NCBI GenBank assembly: GCA_013239625.1
Contig: MU053513.1
Coordinates: forward strand, 2,282,927 to 2,346,926
Direction of reading: 5' to 3'
DNA: 64,000 nt
DNA from: Lama guanicoe
Lineage: Eukaryota
Shown: piece after piece, positions 40,045 to 53,439 of the stretch
Layout of the letters: every line of letters begins with the position of its first letter
Position numbering within the stretch: the stretch's first letter is position 1
Program-made: the position numbers and the translations under genes
Notes under the pieces: model-generated
What the model saw: the letters and a program-made list of their open reading frames with translations, nothing else
Database searches by the model: none
Told to the model about the DNA's origin: nothing

Positions 40045-40660
40045 TGTCTGTCTGTCCATTCATGAGTGCACATGTGTTTCCTGCAGTGCCCAGCAGTGGG
40101 CAGCACAGAGCACCCTCCTGTGGGCACCTCCATAGCAGAGGGTTTCCAGCAAAGCCCCTCCTTTTGAGTGGCCATCCAGGCAACCTGCCTCCATAGCTTG
40201 GCCCTGGAGTCCATGGAGGGCACCTTCCCCCAGCACAGCTCCTTGGACATCTCCATCACGGGGAGCTGCTGGCAGGGCACCTCCTCTGGATAACTTTCCC
40301 CACATCCTTTCAGTGGCTTTTCAGTGAGTTCTAAGGTGTGGCTCCTCCCTGCGGGTAGCTTTCCCTAGCCCTCCAGAGAACAGCTTTCCAGCCAGTTCCA
40401 CTGACAACGCCTCCATGAATTTCTCTGCCATCCAGTGAGCCCTGCTGCACCCTCTCCAACAGTGTCTGGACCTCAGCCCTGGGAGGGGTGGCTTCTCCCT
40501 TGGGTCCTCTGTCTCAGCCTGAGGGGTAAAGACTGCTCCTGACCCCTGCCGTTCCTCTGTTCCTCTGAGTTCTCTTTCTGTCACCAGCAAATTTCCCAAT
40601 GCTCTAATTCCTTGTTCACATTACTTTGTGATTCCTGTCTTCTGACTGGACTTCGATATA
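39818..40660 (+). mobile_element. ERV-L LTR (LTR33/LTR41-like), probably the 3' LTR of the adjacent internal fragment
   Basis: Starts after a purine-rich stretch and ends tgtgattcctgtcttctgactggac...gatata, like ERVL LTR termini. Contains (TG)16(TCTG)3 at 40011-40054. Confidence 0.65.
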
Positions 40661-41961
40661 CTGCCTCCCAGATGGCGCTAAATGGTGAAATTCTTGGCCG
40701 CAGTCATTTAAATTGTTCAGATGATGCCTCTGGGTTCAAGGGAGAGTCCTCCTCCTGCCCAGAGAGATGGACAAAGGATTGGAACTCCTTCTCACGACCT
40801 CCCCCTAATTCGGAACTTCCACTGAGGGGTAAGAGGGGGAAGGAATACCTCCTTCTGACACAATCTGGAAGCCAGAGCTGACCCAGGCAAGGAACAGACC
40901 CATCATGCATGTAGAAACCATTCAGCAAGGGTCTCATTGACTCTGTTTTAAAAACTCCAGATTCTTCTGGCTCTAGGGAGCTTCTCTCTGCTCCCGGTAA
41001 TGAGTACTAGGAAATGAAAAGATTCAGGCAACAGGATTTCTTGTAACCCTGCCGAGGAAGGAGATGGATCAAAAGAGAAAAACGCATGTTAGAGGCAGAC
41101 TGGTGTAGGAAATATTCTTGTTTGGTTGGTTGTGAAGGTGCTCACGTATTAATAAGCTGAATAGCACAGTGGTTATGAGTCAGCTTTGCATTTCCTTTGC
41201 TTGTTAGCCAGATAAATGCACGTTATACAGGGAACAGAATAATCAAAATTACAAATAGAAAAATACACTTATAAACCAATGAAAGCCAAGGTGAAGGAGA
41301 AAAATTGAGGCTGAAATACAAGAAACCAAATAAAAGGAATAAAAGTTATACATTAAACAGGTTAAAAAACAAAACCAGAAGCTCAGAAATTACAAAGAAT
41401 AACTAGGGGAAAATGAGACAAAAGGATTAAAATTTTAGATGTTAAAACCAGAAACTTAGAATTTCACAGATGTAGTTGTGAATAAAGTTAAGGTAGAAAA
41501 AGGGAACAAAAATGTTTTAAAGTGAAAACAATGGAGGGGGAAATTAAATGGATTATGAAGAGCAAGTCAGGTAGCTGAAACTATTTATTTTAAAATATTA
41601 AAATAAAGCTAAAACTAGTCAAAGGAATATAACATTCTCTAAGTGCTAACCATTTAGAGAACAAACTAAATATAAAAGATAAGAGATGAACAATTTAGAA
41701 CATGAGAAGAGCAAACATCTTTTTACAAAAGCAAATCACCTGCTTGTTAAGAGACACCTGGCTTTTGTTACTGTTATTCTGCAGATACTCAAGCTGCCAC
41801 AAATTCCAGGAAATTGTGCCAATAACTTTGATTCCCAAGGTCAAGTTCTTTGCAAAGAACCCCTTGGGGTTCCTTTAGACCGAAAGCTAAAGGTAGCAAA
41901 AGGTCAGAAGGTTGAGCCTTTCTCCAAAGCTCCTGTCTCTTGGCTTCTGTGTCTACGGGGC

Positions 41962-42800
41962 TTTTTTAAAATTGAGGTATAGTTAGTTTACAATGTTGTG
42001 TCAGTTTCTGGTGTACAACATAATGTTTCAGTCATGCATGTACATACATATATTCATCTTCATATTCTTTTTCACTATAGGTTACTATATAAGATATTGA
42101 TTGTAGTTCCCTGTGCTGTACAGAATAAACCTGTTGTTTGTCTATTTTATTTTGCACATCTCAACCCCCAGTTTATTCCTTCCCACTCCCTTTCCCCCCC
42201 TGGTAACAATAAGTTTGTTTTCTATGTCTGTGAGTCTGTTTCTGTTTTGTAAATAAGTTCATTTGTGTCTTTTTGTTTTTTAAGATTCCACATGTGAGTG
42301 ATATAATATGGTATTTTCTTTCTCTTTCTGGCTTACTTCACTTAGTATGACAATCTCTAGGTCCATCCATGTCGCTGCAAATGGCATTATTTTATTCTTT
42401 TTTATGGCTGAGTAGTATTCCATTATACACCTCACCACCCCCCAACACACACACACAACTTCTTGATCCAGTCAACCTTTGCTGGACATTTAGGTTGCTT
42501 CCATGTCTTGGCTATTGTAAATAGTGCTGCAATGAACATTGGGGTGCATGTATCTTTTCAAATTAGTTTCCTCTGAATATATGCCCAGGAGTGGGATTGC
42601 TGGATCATATGGTGACTTTATTTTTAGTATTTTAAAGAATCTCCACACTGTTCTTCATAATGGCCGCACTAAACTACATTCCCACCAACAGTGTAGGAGG
42701 GTTCCCTTTTCTCCACAGCCTCTCCAGCATTTATTGTATGTGGACTTTTTAATGTTGGCCATTCTGAATGGTGTGAGGTGATACCTCATTGTAGTTTTGA
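41962..42800 (-). mobile_element. 5'-truncated L1
   Basis: Antisense 3' UTR and ORF2 end; degenerate TSD tacggggctttt / tatgtggctttt. Confidence 0.92.
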
Positions 42801-43086
42801 TATGTGGCTTTTAATTCAGTCTCTTGAGGAGTTGGGCATGGAAACAGGCTGGAAAGATACACACCCTAGCTTGACCAGCCCCGTTGTCGGCTCGCCTCTC
42901 TGAGCTGTCCTGTGGACATGCTGTCGCTATCAACCTAGAAGCCCAGCAATCCTTCTACAAAGATTACCGCCTTCATGGCTTTCAGTGTCGAGGTGATCAT
43001 GGACCCTCCTTCCTTCTCTACACACTGTTGCCTGCAGCTCAGACCGTCGTACTGTTTTGTAATATTTCTGGCCTCAGAAAGCAAAT

Positions 43087-43440
43087 CAGTGGTTTTCAGA
43101 TTTTGACGCTACTGCCCACAGTAAGAAATACATTTCATATCGTGACTACATATATATCTCTGTGTATCTATATGACTAAAAAAGTTTTTCAGAATAAGTA
43201 CCCTCTGTAAAGTCATACACCGTTATCTTCGATTGCTTTTGTATTCTGTATTATAGAATAGTCCCAGGTGGGAGCCAGATCAATGGTTTTCAAAAACACT
43301 TTGTTTCTGTCTGCACTGTTTCACATTGTGAACTGATGCACATATGTGTGTGCAGGTCTCTATAACCAAAAGAAAAGCTTTATGAAACAAGACTCTTTCT
43401 TCATATAAAGCACCTATTAACTTTCTATTCTATTGTATTA
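43087..43440. mobile_element. Probable hAT-Charlie non-autonomous element remnants (two adjacent pieces)
   Basis: cagtggttttcaga...cccacagtaagaaatacattt, and a second caatggttttcaaa start at 43281 with a similar downstream layout. Confidence 0.5.
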
Positions 43441-43779
43441 CAGTGTTATTGATGGCTTCTGAGTAGTATCTGGGTATATTTGCATCTCTAAGCTGCCTGT
43501 CAAGCAAACTCAACGAGAATGTGGAGAACTATAGCCAAGGAAGATGCCCCGCAGGGTGGTAGAATTATTGTAAACATCCTTGTACTGACATGCGCTTTGC
43601 CACTCCCTAGTGCTGATCTAATCTTTACATTGTGTGAAGGACACAGCCTCAGCCTCTAAGCCTGTCTGGTAAGTTAGAAATGTCTTTATTCTGTCTGGTT
43701 TATTTACACTGGGGGACAGGGAGCCAGGGTGCTGGTAAAGAGAGCTCCAGGAGTGTTTCTAGGTGTCATAAATTGAGAG

Positions 43780-44280
43780 TATCAGTCAAATACAATTTTT
43801 TTTGAAAATGACAAAAAAAGCAACATAAAGATGCTTAAATAAAAAATGGAATTTATTTGCATAACTGAATGTTCAGGAAAGATCTGTCTTCAGGTTCAGC
43901 ATGATCCAGCAGTCAATGACATTTTACATCTATCACTTGTGTCTGCTTCCCCTGTGATGGCTTCATTCCCAACGTGATTCTTCTTGTGGTGGCCACCATG
44001 GCCTCATCAGTGTCAAACTCTAAAGCACTTTTAGCAGGGGAAAACTTGTATCCCTGCATAGAGTCATGTTCCCAATCCTGAATTAATTCTTGTGTCTGGG
44101 GGACAAGATATGCCAGTAGGCTTAAGCCGAACAGGACCTGTCCCTGGAGCTGTGTATAGAACTAATCCCCTGTAAACCACATGGTTAATGGTGGAGGAAT
44201 TGTCTTTCCAAAGAAAATATGGGGAACCTTGGCCTAAAAAGATGGAGAAATGGAAGCTGGGCTGCCAATGGCAGATGCCT
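43780..44280. mobile_element. Old MLT1 LTR (J/K-like)
   Basis: gcttaaataaaaaatggaatttatttgcataactgaa...cttcaggttcagcatgatccag. Confidence 0.6.
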
Positions 44281-45834
44281 CCTCCACTGAGCCTTGAGGC
44301 AGTGTGGAGACAGGGAGGAGAGCAGTGGTGGAGAAGGCTTGTCAACAGAAGGGGATCCAGGAGAAGGGGACCCAGGGGAAGGGTCAGCACATGAGTGTAA
44401 GGTAAGCCACCTGACGTGGCCGGAGCTTCAGGACACATGTGGAGGAGCTGTGATGGAGACCAGAACTACTCAGGCTGACCGTGCATTCTGAATCCAGGCT
44501 ATGGAATGCGGACTCAATCTATCAGCTAGTCAGGATTCAGGAAAAGTTTCTGAGCAAAGTGAGTGCTTTACGAGACTCATTTTGCCCTGGCAGGAGGAAT
44601 CAGAGAAAGGCAATCCTGGACGGCCTCGGTGGTCCAGGCGAGAGTTAAATGAGCGCGAAGAGGGGAGTGGGGACTGTGGAGGCAGGAGAGGAGCTGATGC
44701 CAAAGCTCTGTGCTCCTTTGTCTCCTGTCCTGAAATGAACTGATTCTGTTGACTTATGCAAAGGAGGGAGACAGACTTTAATATTTAATTGGCTCCAAAC
44801 AAAGAGCAAATAATCCCTGAAAGCATTGCTTTTCAAAAGGGAAGAAACTACCTATTGGGGGAAAAAATAAGCCAGTGGTTATGCAACTTATTATACACTA
44901 TCCCATCCAATGGCTAAACTGCTTTGCAATAAATGAGACAGAGTAAAGATATTTCGAACTCACCAGACAGGCTCCAGGGGCCTCCCGGGGACCCTCTGGT
45001 CAGAATTTCTCTCCTCCCTACCTGCTAGAGCCTTGGGTCTGACTGTCTTGTATCAGCATCATGTATGTGTGTCTTGTCTCATCACCCACTGAATTTTGAC
45101 GGGGAGGACAGATGCCTCTTCACATTGACTGAAATAATTTCTCTTACCCTCTCTCCCTCCCTTTCCCAAGCACCTCTGTTTGGGTTCAAGCATCGGGATA
45201 TGTCCTGGGGATACAGGGATGAATCCCTGCTTGTCCTGAACCCGAGGAGACGCCAGTCTAGTATGGGAAGTGAGACATTAAACAAATACTGGGAGAGACA
45301 TCAGTACAGGATACAGTGGGAGGAGGGGTCAGCTCCACCTGGTGAGATCAGGAAATGCTCCGGCAGAGGCGACATGTGATATGAGTCTTAAAAGACAGCA
45401 GCCAGAGCAGATGGGCGGGAGAGAGGGAAAGCCTTGCGTGGGCAGCACCGAGTCAGGCAGGGAAGTGTTTTAACGTGGGGGAGGCTGTGACAGCTTTGAC
45501 CTCATGAGTGTTGACAGAAATGTGTGTTCATTTCTCTGCGAGCACTTTCAGAGCACCTCCCTGCCCAAGCTGGGACTGAGCCATCAGGGACAGGAGCCTT
45601 TCCTATATTCTTATTTAGTTCTTTCTACAATGCAGTATAATAGAGATGCTAAGAGGAGCCCCAGCTTTACAGAAAATGGAGGTTTAGCAAAGTATCAGAG
45701 AGACACACTGCTGGGGAGGGAGCAGACAGTGGGCTGGCGAGCTGTCCTGGCTTACAGGCCTTTTGCTCCACGAGGGCGTGCACCTGCTGTCCTCCCTCTG
45801 CTGGCAATGGCTGTCCTCTCGGATAAGAAGTGAT

Positions 45835-46102
45835 GGGGGGTGGGAAGGGATAGATCAATCAAATTTCATAGGGATAGATAAATCAAAATTTGTAGATACT
45901 GACAAGCATATGTAGAATAGATATACAAGATTGTACTGTGTAGCACACGGAAATATATACAAGATCTTGTGGTAGCTCACAGTGAAAAAAATGTGACTAT
46001 GAATATATGTATGTTCGTGTATAACTGAAAAACTGTGCTCTACACTGGAATTTGACACAACATTGTATAATGACTATAACTCAATAAAAAATGTTAAAAA
46101 TA
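45835..46102 (+). mobile_element. Young 5'-truncated L1 3' end (camelid L1-like)
   Basis: gggggtgggaagggataga...tgtgctctacactggaatttgacacaacattgt...actcaataaaaaatgttaaaaa; TSD AAGAAGTGAT at 45825-45834 and 46103-46112. Confidence 0.9.
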
Positions 46103-47169
46103 AAGAAGTGATAGCGAAAGGTAAGGCATAAAAAAAATCAAGGTAACCCTCCCCAACATCTTGTTTCATCCTATCCCTTATTAAAAATGCCAAGCCAGAT
46201 CCTCGCATCTTTCTTGAAATCCAGAAGAAGAAGGAGGCAGCTCCGTGGGTCCGAGAGGTAATAGGACGAGGAAAAGAGGAAGCTGGGAACCAGCGCAGAA
46301 CATTGCAGAGAAGGGTTACACTGTAAATCAGCCCAGAGTCACAAAGCAAGAGCTTTGAAAATCCTATGTTTGAAGCAAGAACTTAAGAGAGGGAATACAG
46401 TGGTCCCCAGGTGCCAACTTGATTTTCTTTTTAGGTTGGTGACAAGCCAAGGGGATGGTACAGACAGTGTTTGTATTTTAGCAACTTGTTTGTTACAGGC
46501 TTGTACTGAATCCTTGCAGAAAGGCGATGAAATATGTGCTGGATCAGAGTCACAGACACCAGGTAGGTCGGTTGTAATCAAATTAGCAGCTTTCACTTAT
46601 CAGACAGGGAAGCCTCGTCTGGAAAACCATCTCCTGAATAATATACTTATCAACTTTACACGTAGCACAGATAATGAGACATCAAATGTACAAGAGACGA
46701 CAGAATTACAATTGTTTCGACAGTGACACCAATAAGATTAAATTTAACATAGATAAATGCTAAATTCCTTATTTAGACTGTTTTTTCCCCTGAGATTGAC
46801 ATGATACAGGATTATAGGAAGATGCTATTGGGAACTGTGGATGATCCTATGAAAACTTGCCCCTTTTAAAAATCCATTAAATTAAAAAAAATTCCACATA
46901 TAATTATTTTATATTTTGATTTTGATAAATGATTCAAATATTCAAAATTTTGTTATTTCCATTGAATCTCCCTTATGTCGGCATATCTCCTTGGGTATTT
47001 TGTGACTTCTATATAGATTATATAGATACATGCTTAATATGGAGTCTACAAAGGAATGTTTTCCCCAAAGTATACGAACAGACATATGGAGCTGGGTGAA
47101 AATATTTGCTCTGAATTGCTCAGGTAGTCTGGGCTGGGCTGGGTTAGGTACCATATTAGACAAGGTAAG

Positions 47170-50100
47170 AGAATAGTAACAAACCAGGGATTAAAATTGA
47201 AGAAATTACCTAGAATATGGCACATAATGAAAAAGAGATGAAAAATATGGAAAAATGATTAAGAGTATGGAGGATAAAATAGAAGATTTATTATGTATCT
47301 AATCTGAGTCCAAAAAAAAAAAAAAAGGAAAACAGAGGGAATGTAGGAGAGGCAAGAGAGGTGGCCAACCATCTTCCAGAACTGATAAAAGATGTCAGTC
47401 TATACAGGTAGGGGGTAATTGTTTACATAGCAAAGCAAAGAAAATACATGTCTACACATACAGTGAAACCTCAGAACCAGAAAGACAGAAACAAGATTAA
47501 GTAAGCAGCCAGAGACCATACAATAGAAGAATAAAGTGAAAAACGAAGACCTTTCTACAGCAGCAAAAATCAGGAGACAACTGAGGAGTATCTTTAAACA
47601 GGTGAGAGAAAATCACTAGTAACCTAGAATGCTGCACCCAGAAAAGCAAGGATGAGATAAAGACATTTTCAAGCATGTAGGTCTGATCTTATTTCCCTAT
47701 AAATAAATCTCCACCAATGGAACTTGTAAAGCATGTAATTCAAGAAAAATAGGAAGAAACCCATGGAAAATTTCTAATAATGCAAAAAGGAATATAGAAC
47801 AAAAACCAAGCAAAACACATATAAATTTAAATAAATATGTAGTTTTGTATTTTTAATAAATTTAAACTGTATTTTTTATATAAAATAAAAAGTAATTTCT
47901 AATGTGTGACATTGGAAATGGGGCAGTTGGAAATAGACTGCATGTTGGAAGTTTATGACTGAGAATCAGGGCTTCTAAGGTCCTCAGTTATTCAGGCAGG
48001 GAGAAGAAATCTTCACATATATTGATTAATCATAGAATTTTTGAAGTTGTTATATATGATAAAATTTATTTCAAGAGTGACCATTATTAGAAAGAATATA
48101 AAACTTTCAAACTAATAGGAAAAGAAAAGTTGAATAATAATAATAATAGTAATCACAATTAGTTGAAAGAAAGGGACAGTAAAGAAAAACTTAGAAAAAG
48201 AAGAACGAATGGAAATTGCAAAGTCAGATTATAGTACCAAGTCTACATATACTATTAACCCCCTTGAACTGGAAGTGAACTCAACTTTCTCATAAAAAAT
48301 GGAGATGAGCAGATTTGAGTAAGAAAAAATTTTGTTGCTTATAAGAAATGCCTAAAATAAAAAGACATGAAATGCTGAAAATAATACATCTGATAAGGGG
48401 TCAATATTCAAAATATATAAAGAACTCACACTACTCAATGTGAGAAACCAAACAACCTGATCAAAACATGGAGAGAGGGCCTGAATAGGCATTTTTCCAA
48501 AGAAGACATACAGATGGCCAAAAAGCACATGAAAAGATGTTCAGCATCACTAATCATCAGGTAAATGCAAATCAAGCCCACAATGAGACATGATTGCATA
48601 CCTGTCAGGATGACTATCATCAAAAATACAAGAAATAACAAGTGTTGGCAAGGGTGTGGAGAAAAGAGAACCTTAGCACACTGCTGGCGGGAAAGTGAAT
48701 TGGTGCAGCCTCTATGGAAAACTGTATGGAGGTTTCTCAAGAAATTTTTAAGAATAGAATTACCATATGAACCAGCAATTCCACTTCTGGGTATATATCT
48801 GAAAAAAATTAAAACACTGATTTGAAAAGATATATATACACTGCAATGTTCTTAGCAGCACTATCAGCATTGTTTATAATAGCCAAGACATGGAAAAATC
48901 CTAATTGTCATCAATAAAAGAGTGGATAAAGAAGATGTGCTATATATACCAACATTAAAATTAGTATTTCTAATGCAAAGCAATACCATACGACAATGAA
49001 AAGTACTGCTATATGCGTGGACAGGGACGGATCTTACATAATTTTCACTGAAAGAATCCAGACACACAAAAAAGGACATACCATGTATTATATTTATATG
49101 GAATTTAAAAACATGCAAAATAAATCTACACTGATGGAAGTAAGAAAGGGGTTACACTTAACAGGGAGATTGACTGGAAAAGAGCATGCATGAGTGAGCC
49201 TTCTGGGCTGCTGGAATGTGTCGAACTCTGATCTTGGTGGTGGTTATATGCGTGTATAGATACATAACATTTCATTAGTGGTTATATGGGTGTATAGATA
49301 CATAACATTTCATTTCAAATATATATAATTTGTGTGCTGCACTGAATAAAAATACCTTAGCAAAAATTGGTGACTTAAAAAAAAGAAGAAGCCAACATCC
49401 CTTCAGGAAGAAGAATAAAGTGAGGGAGGGACTGTCCTACAAGATATCAAGACTTATTCTAAAGCTATAGGAATTAAGACTGTATGGTATTCTACAGGGG
49501 TATTTGGTTAGAATGGAACAGAAAGCAGAACAGAAATAAATCCCCATGTAAATGGAAAGTTGACTGCAGATCACTGGAACAATTCTTGAGTAAATGGTGT
49601 TGGGATAGTCGGTATTTATATCAAACAAGAGTAATTGCTACCTCACTTTACACACACACACACAAATAAATCCTTGACTATCACAGGAAAGACAACAACT
49701 GAAATTTTCAAGAATAAAACACAGGAAAATAGTTATTGATTAGGAGCAGTGGAAGATATATTAAGTAAGGCGTAAATGCCCTAATATCAGAAAAGATAGA
49801 AAACATGACTACATTGAAAGACACCATAGGGAAAAAGACAAGCCAAGCCAGAAATTGGAAGAAGGTATTTGCAATACATATAATCAACAAAAATATAATA
49901 TCTAGAATATATTAAGAATTCCTTGAAAGAAAAAAGAAAAAGTAAAGTAACTCAGCAGAAAAGTGGATAAAGATGAAGAGTCATTTCAAAGATGAGGTAA
50001 TACTGATGCAGAAGAAAAACCACTAAACCTCATAAGGAATCAGGGAAATACAAGATGACAATGATCTACAATTGACGTGTACCAGATGGGCAAACACAGT

Positions 50101-50620
50101 CTGAAAATACCAAGTCAAGTGTTCGCTAGGATGTGGACAGCTACTGTTAGGGGCATAAAGTCTCCAACAGCTTGGAAAACAATCTGGCAACATCATGCAC
50201 ATGTGAACAATTTTACTCTATCGCCCAGCAGTTTTATCCCTAGATAAACACTCTGTATAAAAATTCTTGCACACATGTACTAAAATAACTTTCCAGAACG
50301 TTCATAAAAGCATTGTACATATTAACAACAAACTGAAAGCCAAAATGTCTACTTAAAGAATGGATAAAAATAAATTACGGTATATTTACACAATGGCATT
50401 ATATAATCTTGAGAATAAACTAGAGTTACAAAGAAAATGAACGAGTCTTATGAAAAAAGTATGTTTGGAAGACTATACATTATGTTGTAACAGTCTTATA
50501 ATATTTATTAATATGTAAAATGAAACAGCATATTCTTTATTGATATAGCTGTATGTAATAAAAACTATTTAGAAAGAAAGGGAATGGCAAATTGAAAACC
50601 CAAGACAACAGAAGAAACAC
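47170..50620 (+). mobile_element. Ancient L1M (ORF1-ORF2 remnants) with nested L1 pieces (48385-48940 ORF2 C-terminus; 48960-49385 3' end)
   Basis: ORF 48565-48825 MQIKPTMR...[36 protein letters not shown] is the L1 ORF2 Cys-rich domain; A-rich degraded flanks. Confidence 0.85.
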
Positions 50621-50804
50621 GCAGGTAGTTTCAGGGTCATGATAGTATTCTCCTCATGTTTGCTTCATAATTTTCAGATTTGTCACTTAGTATCTAATAT
50701 ATTTCAGATATTACATACACCATGAATATGATGTAATAAGACATGATAAACACTCTGGTAGAAATTGCTAAATTTCGGTTAACTATCTGCCAGGAAGGAC
50801 GTGA

Positions 50805-51035
50805 TGACCGAGGGCAGAGAGTCCAGAGACAGACCCTGCGGCTTCTAACCTGACTTTCCCACTTACTAGCTGCATGACCTTGGGAAAGTTGCTGAAGTGT
50901 CCTGTGTCTCAATTTTCACATCTGTAAAAGAGAAACGATAGAAGAATTTATTTTTTATTGGGGTCACTGTGAGGATGAAATGCATTTGTAAACGTAAAGC
51001 ACTTAGGAGACTGCTTGGCACGTGACAGGCACGTC
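50805..51035 (+). mobile_element. MIR SINE
   Basis: ccacttactagctgcatgaccttgggaaagtt...tctcaattttcacatctgtaaaa. Confidence 0.85.
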
Positions 51036-52399
51036 TGCTCTCATCTTCGTCACTCTGGGGGGCCAGGTACACGACCTGTCCTGGTCTCAGCTTACTTGTT
51101 TTCATAATGCGATCATAGGATTATTGTGAAATAAGAAAAAAAAAATGACATTGTGCAAAGCACTCATTAGATACTCAGTAGATTAAAATATAACTTTAAA
51201 GATTTTGACTCAGTGTCATGGATTTCCTGTATTTAGCTTTGAAATTAAAAAACTAGTCACATGGTAAGGAACTAAAGCTGCTAATCCTTGGGATAATTTA
51301 TGTAGCGCACAAAGCCGTTCTTTCAAGTGCAGTTAGCCATGGCGTATACTAGTTTTTCACTAACATCCCTATTGGGATTCTGTTTGAAAACTGGGTGTAA
51401 TATCTTCCTTAATATTTTATTAAATTACATCTTGCAATTATAATATTTCCGAAAATGTGGAGCAATCTATCATCCTATCCATTCAGGAAGAAGCAGCCTT
51501 CTCAGTTTCATGCAGTGTCTTCCAGCCCTCCTCCTGTGCTCCAAAAAAATGAAATCGAGATCAGACAATTGAACATGTGGAGGAGCAGACAAGGAAGGGA
51601 AGGGATTCCAGTGTCCACACGTTCGAGAAGGTGATGGTTATGGATCCTGCAGGGGCCCCCACTGGAAGCTGACTCACCTTTACCGACTGTGCGCCATCTT
51701 ACCGTCTCCTGTCACCAGGTGCAAATGGGACACCAGGCGGAGGCCAGGGGCTGACTCAGGAGGCTGGGATGCTCCATCCAAGGACACTGTGTGCCAAGAG
51801 TTTTCCTTTCCCCTCATGCTCTGGTAGAGTTGAAATCATTTTAGATGTGCTTCACGGAAACAAAAGGTATTTTTTTGGGGTAGAGTGGGGTGGTTATTTT
51901 GTTTTTAAGATAAACACATGCTTAATTTTTGTAGACCCTCAGTAACCACCAGTTGGATTCCCAGCAGCTTATGTAAGCTGTCAAATTCAAGGCAGGCTAT
52001 GCTCATCTCATTTTAGCTTTCTTTTTGAAGTTGAAGCACAGAAGTCAGAGCCCAAGATGCCTTTGTCCTTTCTGTGGATGGTGGAGCATTTGTCAATATT
52101 AAATTTAATTTGTGTAAGAGCGGCTCGCTAACAGCGAGAACACAAAACTTGCTGAACTTCACTTTGCCTGTGTGTTCCGAACAGCCTGCGTTGGTGAACC
52201 TAATGAATTCAGCAATGAATTACCTTACCCAAATCTAGGTCAGCTCTGTTGATTAAAAATGTTATAGATTTAAGGACTGAGCCTATAAAAACCCACTTAA
52301 AGTTAAACTGTTTCAATACCTGTTCTGTCTCTTGTAATTCTTAAATGGAAGAATATATACTAATTACCAATCCAATGCGCCGACAGTAAGAGGTCATCA

Positions 52400-52520
52400 T
52401 CAACAACAGACATTTATTGAGCGCCTATTGTGTGCAAGGCACTGTGCTAGGCATGGGGCTACAAAGACAAGGGAGAAACAGTCCCTGCTCTCAAAGAGCT
52501 TACAGTCTAATTAGACTAAC
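52400..52520 (-). mobile_element. L2 3' terminus
   Basis: caacagacatttattgagcgcctattgtgtgcaaggcactgtgctaggc...ccctgctctcaaagagcttacagtcta. Confidence 0.9.
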
Positions 52521-53439
52521 GAGACACAGACGGAAAAGGACGGACTATCCAAGGTAGCATATACTATTAGGATACTGAGTGGACACAAACAAGATTGCAG
52601 CCTTTTTTGCATTTCTGTGGTGGCTCAATACCCTGAGTAGGTGGGGGTGAGTGAGCTAGAATAAAGGGGTTCCTCTTAGTCATTTTTAAGCCTTGTAGAC
52701 ACTCTCCGCCCTCTTTCCATTCCAAGGTGCCTTCTGGCAGGTGCGAGAACCTAGGCAGTTGCTCACATTTACCCCGAAGGCTCATAGTTCTCATTGAGGT
52801 GGCCTTTTTTAGGGTGACCCACTGCCCTGGCTTCCTGGCACTGTCCTGGGTTTAGCACTGAAAGTCTGCCTCTCGGAACTCCTCCCCTCGACCCGGCGGG
52901 GCGCCAGGATGGCATTTCTGAAGTGCCTTGTCCTGCAGCCCGGTGTAGTCCTCCCACCTACTATGGTCATCGCTCTGGCAGGACCTACCCCAAATCTGTT
53001 CCCTGGGTGGGTCTCTAGTTTAAAAACCTGTAAGGAAGACCTTAACAGCCCCCAAAGACTGCTGGTTTAAGAGCACACTGTCAACACAAGAAGACAACCA
53101 GGAAGAATGGCAGAAATGGAATGGGGTTTAAGAGAGAAGCAGTAAGGCTGGAAGAAATGGTTGGGGCAGGAGTGAAGATGCAGAGGTGTTGACATCACCT
53201 CCTGACGCTGCAGAGAAGGAATGGGGACACAGACCCTTCTCTCAGAGGTCTGTTTAACAATCTGAATCATCACACCAGTGGAATCCAGGGTGCATTTCTG
53301 AAATGAGGTCACTCCTGCATCAGGGCAAATATTTGGGCCAATTAAATAAGTGCACGTGTGTTTAAATAACGCTCTCATTCCTACTAGAATTTCAACATTT
53401 TCCTTCCAGTTATGCCTTTCCCTTCTAAATCAATAAATT

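Noticed and set aside
39829..40305. Cluster of overlapping ORFs with THTH/CVCV runs
   Set aside because: Produced by the (TG)n repeat and GC-rich LTR sequence.
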